This document shows positions 61,030 through 64,000 of a DNA stretch of 64,000 nucleotides, piece after piece. The notes under the pieces were generated by a model that was not told the origin of the DNA, searched no databases, and saw nothing but the letters and a program-made list of their open reading frames with translations. Both the position numbers and the translations under genes were made by a program. Source of the DNA: Octopus vulgaris (Eukaryota); contig OX597814.1 of assembly GCA_951406725.2 (NCBI GenBank), positions 142,910,001 through 142,974,000 of the forward strand, in the 5' to 3' direction. Each line of letters opens with the position of its first letter. Positions within the stretch are counted from its first letter, which is position 1.

Positions 61030-61410
61030 TTCCACTTCTTTTACTGCGGCCATGCTGGGGCATCACTATGTAAAGTTTAGCCGAAGAAATCGACCCCAGT
61101 ATTTATTCTGTTAAGTCTAGTGCTTATTCTATCGGTTTCTTTTGACGAACCGCTGGATTACGTATAAATAAACAAATCAGTATTGTCAAGCGATGGAGGC
61201 GGTGGTGGCAAACACACGAAGACATATACATATATAAATATAAACGACGAACTTCCTCGTAGTTTCCGTCTACCAATTCTATCACAAGGATTTGGTTGGC
61301 CATTGTTGGTTCCATTGTAGAAGAAACTTGCCTGAGATGTCACAAATGGGACTGAAACTACGTGATTCTAAAGAGAGCTTTTTAATCATACAGCCTTGGT
61401 TGCACCTATT
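61030..61410 (-). mobile_element. SINE S1 relic
   Basis: GCGGCCATGCTGGGGCA tail; AGTTTCCGTCTACCAA core. Confidence 0.65.
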
Positions 61411-62039
61411 AAGTATGTTTTTCTGAAGAGTATTACTTTCAAAATACAAATACAAATTTAAGATCTTGGTAATGTTTAGTATAAATAATTGATTTTTGCT
61501 TTTCCATAACCCTGGAATACTTTAGTTTATATATGGATGTACAAGAGAGTAATAAAAGATACATAATCTTTTTCTTTTTCTCCCTCATAGAAAGAAGTAA
61601 AAGGTAATATAATCTTTATTTCTCCCTACTACAGTCATACATAAATTTCTGCATAACTACACAAGTCTGCCTCCCCCCTAGCACTGCTGCTGTCGCTATC
61701 CCACCGATTTTGCTTCCTAACAAGTTCACCTTACTACCACTCTTAAATTTTCTCTTCTTCTTGCACTCCTGACAATATTACCTCTAAAATTCTTCCCTTT
61801 AATTTTCTTTGATTCGGTTTAAATGTATATACATGAGTGCGACAATATATTTATTTACAGTTGACTTAGTAAATGAACTCCAGCCTTATATTCACAGAGC
61901 TTCAATCTAACCAAGATTCTCCCCTCTTCCCCTCACCTTTTCTTTCATTCTTTTATTTTTTTCTTGACAACTTTAGACATTTTCCCACTCCCATATCCTA
62001 TTTCTTCATGCATGTTTTTCTTAATTTAACTAAGGTATC

Positions 62040-62129
62040 TTCAGCCTGATGAGTAGCTAGTCGAGTACTCCTCGTTGAATAATTATGACTTCCGAGGTTC
62101 TGCTAGCTAGGAAACATATGTAGCCTGGA
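62040..62129 (+). ncRNA. Putative type I hammerhead ribozyme (Penelope-associated)
   Basis: CTGATGA-G-TAGCTAG..CTAGCTA-G-GAAAC-ATAT-GTA; stem I TTCAGC/GC(C)TGGA. Confidence 0.6.
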
Positions 62130-62196
62130 TTTTACCTGGCCATTCCTTCAATTTAGTTATATAATATTTGTTTCTCTCCTTGTTTTTTCTGTGTCC

Positions 62197-62232
62197 CTTT
62201 CTGTAGAAGAGCGTAGGCTCGAAACGTAAAAT
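62197..62232 (+). ncRNA. Variant minimal hammerhead-like motif
   Basis: CTGTAGA-A-GAGC-GTAG-GCTC-GAAACGTA; core has U in place of the conserved A6. Confidence 0.4.
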
Positions 62233-62278
62233 ACTTTTTCTGTTACTGAGCGTTATACTAATACATCTGTTTTGTACA

Positions 62279-62292
62279 CCACCTGTCTTGGC

Positions 62293-62341
<49 letters not shown>

Positions 62342-62353
62342 ACCTGTCTTCGC

Positions 62354-62400
<47 letters not shown>

Positions 62401-62432
62401 ACCTGTCTTCGCGTATATATATATATATATAC
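62279..62432. repeat. CCACCTGTCTT(C/G)GCG plus (TA)n, three units
   Basis: Directly visible. Confidence 0.9.
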
Positions 62433-62979
62433 ACGCGCGCGCATACGTAAGCAAGGAGAATGGAGTGGGCAACACATTTTACCGCATAATTCAACAATTG
62501 TTTCATCAACGCTTTACCAGAAGTTTATTGCTGAGATATTATATGATATACAAAATGATACATTGTATCAGTATTATTTCGACAACCCTAGAAAACTTCA
62601 ACTTCTCAGGCGTATGGATACACCAGATTGCTCCAGTCTCCTTGTTAATATTCATATAAACACCACGGATACTCAGTGATTTTCCGATATATCTTCAGTA
62701 AAACGATCTGTTTTCGCCGTAAACTCTATCTGATAGCCGATACCCGTGGACTGGCTTTCTTAAGCAAACTACAAGATGAATCTCCCTGAGAATTACGTTA
62801 GGGGTACACGTGTCTGTGGATTGCTCAGTCACTGGCACGTTAATTTCACGAGCAAGCTATTCCGTTGATCGTATCAGCTGGGACCCTCGTCGTCGTAACC
62901 AACGGAGTGCTCCTTTATGTATGTATGTATGTATGTATGTATGTATATACGTACGTATGTATTTGTGTATGTATGCATG

Positions 62980-63015
<36 letters not shown>

Positions 63016-64000
63016 ATAATATGCTTTTTTTCTTTTGAAAAGATGTTGCCTGTTTAAAAATCAAGTCGCCTAAATGCAAAACCCTATCTCATAACTTTAG
63101 ACTTAGCTATATACATATATTCACTTTTATGTATCAAGTTATGCATTTTCAAAAACCTGGTTTTGAATGTAGAATATTGTAAATCTTAAAACAATTTCGG
63201 AAATTTCAAATTCACTAACTTCCTATTGTAGGTAGAATCCTATTTCAAGGCGAATAATTACGCAGTGTTTGAATAGAAAGGAATCTTAAAAAATGTCTCT
63301 TGATAATATAATTTTGGCATTTTAAGGTTGCATACTTCGTTCTTTTACTTCTTTATTTATCGTTTTTGAAATTCCAATTAACGCTTTGTAAGCTATACCA
63401 TTATTCAATGTTATTATATTAAGACATTCCAGTGGACTAAAAGACATTTTTCTTTCATGTCGCAACGCCATTATTTTTGCAACAGATGCCATGAATGCTC
63501 TTAATTTACGTCAATGGCACCAGAAGTGTCTTAAATACAGGTGATAAATATTTCACTATATAATTCGATTCACGTCTTTTTTCTCGCTCTTTCTTCTCAA
63601 AGGCAGACGATAAATTCGATATATTTACTGCAGAGCACCTTCGATGAATATACAAACATTACCACCAGAGCAGTATTACACATCAAACCTTAAACAACAT
63701 GTTTTGCAATGGAAGAAACATTAGATCATTATTGTGTTTCTTCTATTACTTGTATTCCACTACAAACATCGCCACCACTATCCCACCGAAATAACCGCGA
63801 CCACCACTACTACTGCGGTTGCTGTTGCTGCCATATGAAGAGCGGTATAGAATTTACCACAAAATATATTGACAAGGTTAGTGGTGATAAAAGGCTAAAA
63901 TTATTTTTGTAGCCACACCTAATGTCGTCATCCTTGAATGCTCGCTAATTTTCCATAGACATTAGTATATTAGTAAAATAAATGATCCTCCTTCGGTTTC

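Noticed and set aside
62279-62432. CRISPR-like repeat-spacer pattern
   Set aside because: Spacers are (TA)n, the context is eukaryotic, and there are no cas genes.

Overview
AT-rich, repeat-dense animal DNA with no recognisable host gene. The SINE families and (TA)n density suggest a coleoid cephalopod, probably Octopus; this is inference from recalled repeat families, not a search. The window is dominated by Tx1/L1-clade non-LTR retrotransposons. There is one near-full-length but damaged APE-RT LINE (26036-31186, minus). At least 14 elements of 1.5-2.3 kb encode only an ORF1/gag-like protein with one CCHC knuckle, and about eight divergent ORF1 lineages are present. These ORF1-only elements form head-to-tail arrays at defined target sites: (i) one fixed position in the tRNA-derived head of a SINE (3 loci), and (ii) the 5' end of the elements themselves, giving a 25.6 kb, 12-unit array nested in an older ORF1 relic. 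The families share a 3' UTR hairpin whose G-rich loop is complementary to a downstream box (a covarying candidate pseudoknot), plus a terminal hairpin and AATAAA also seen on a SINE tail. Other features: SINEs, Helitron-like non-autonomous elements, MITEs, a mariner relic, CR1-like and Penelope-like relics, and hammerhead-like motifs. All alignments and structures were read by eye, and boundaries are approximate to a few bases.
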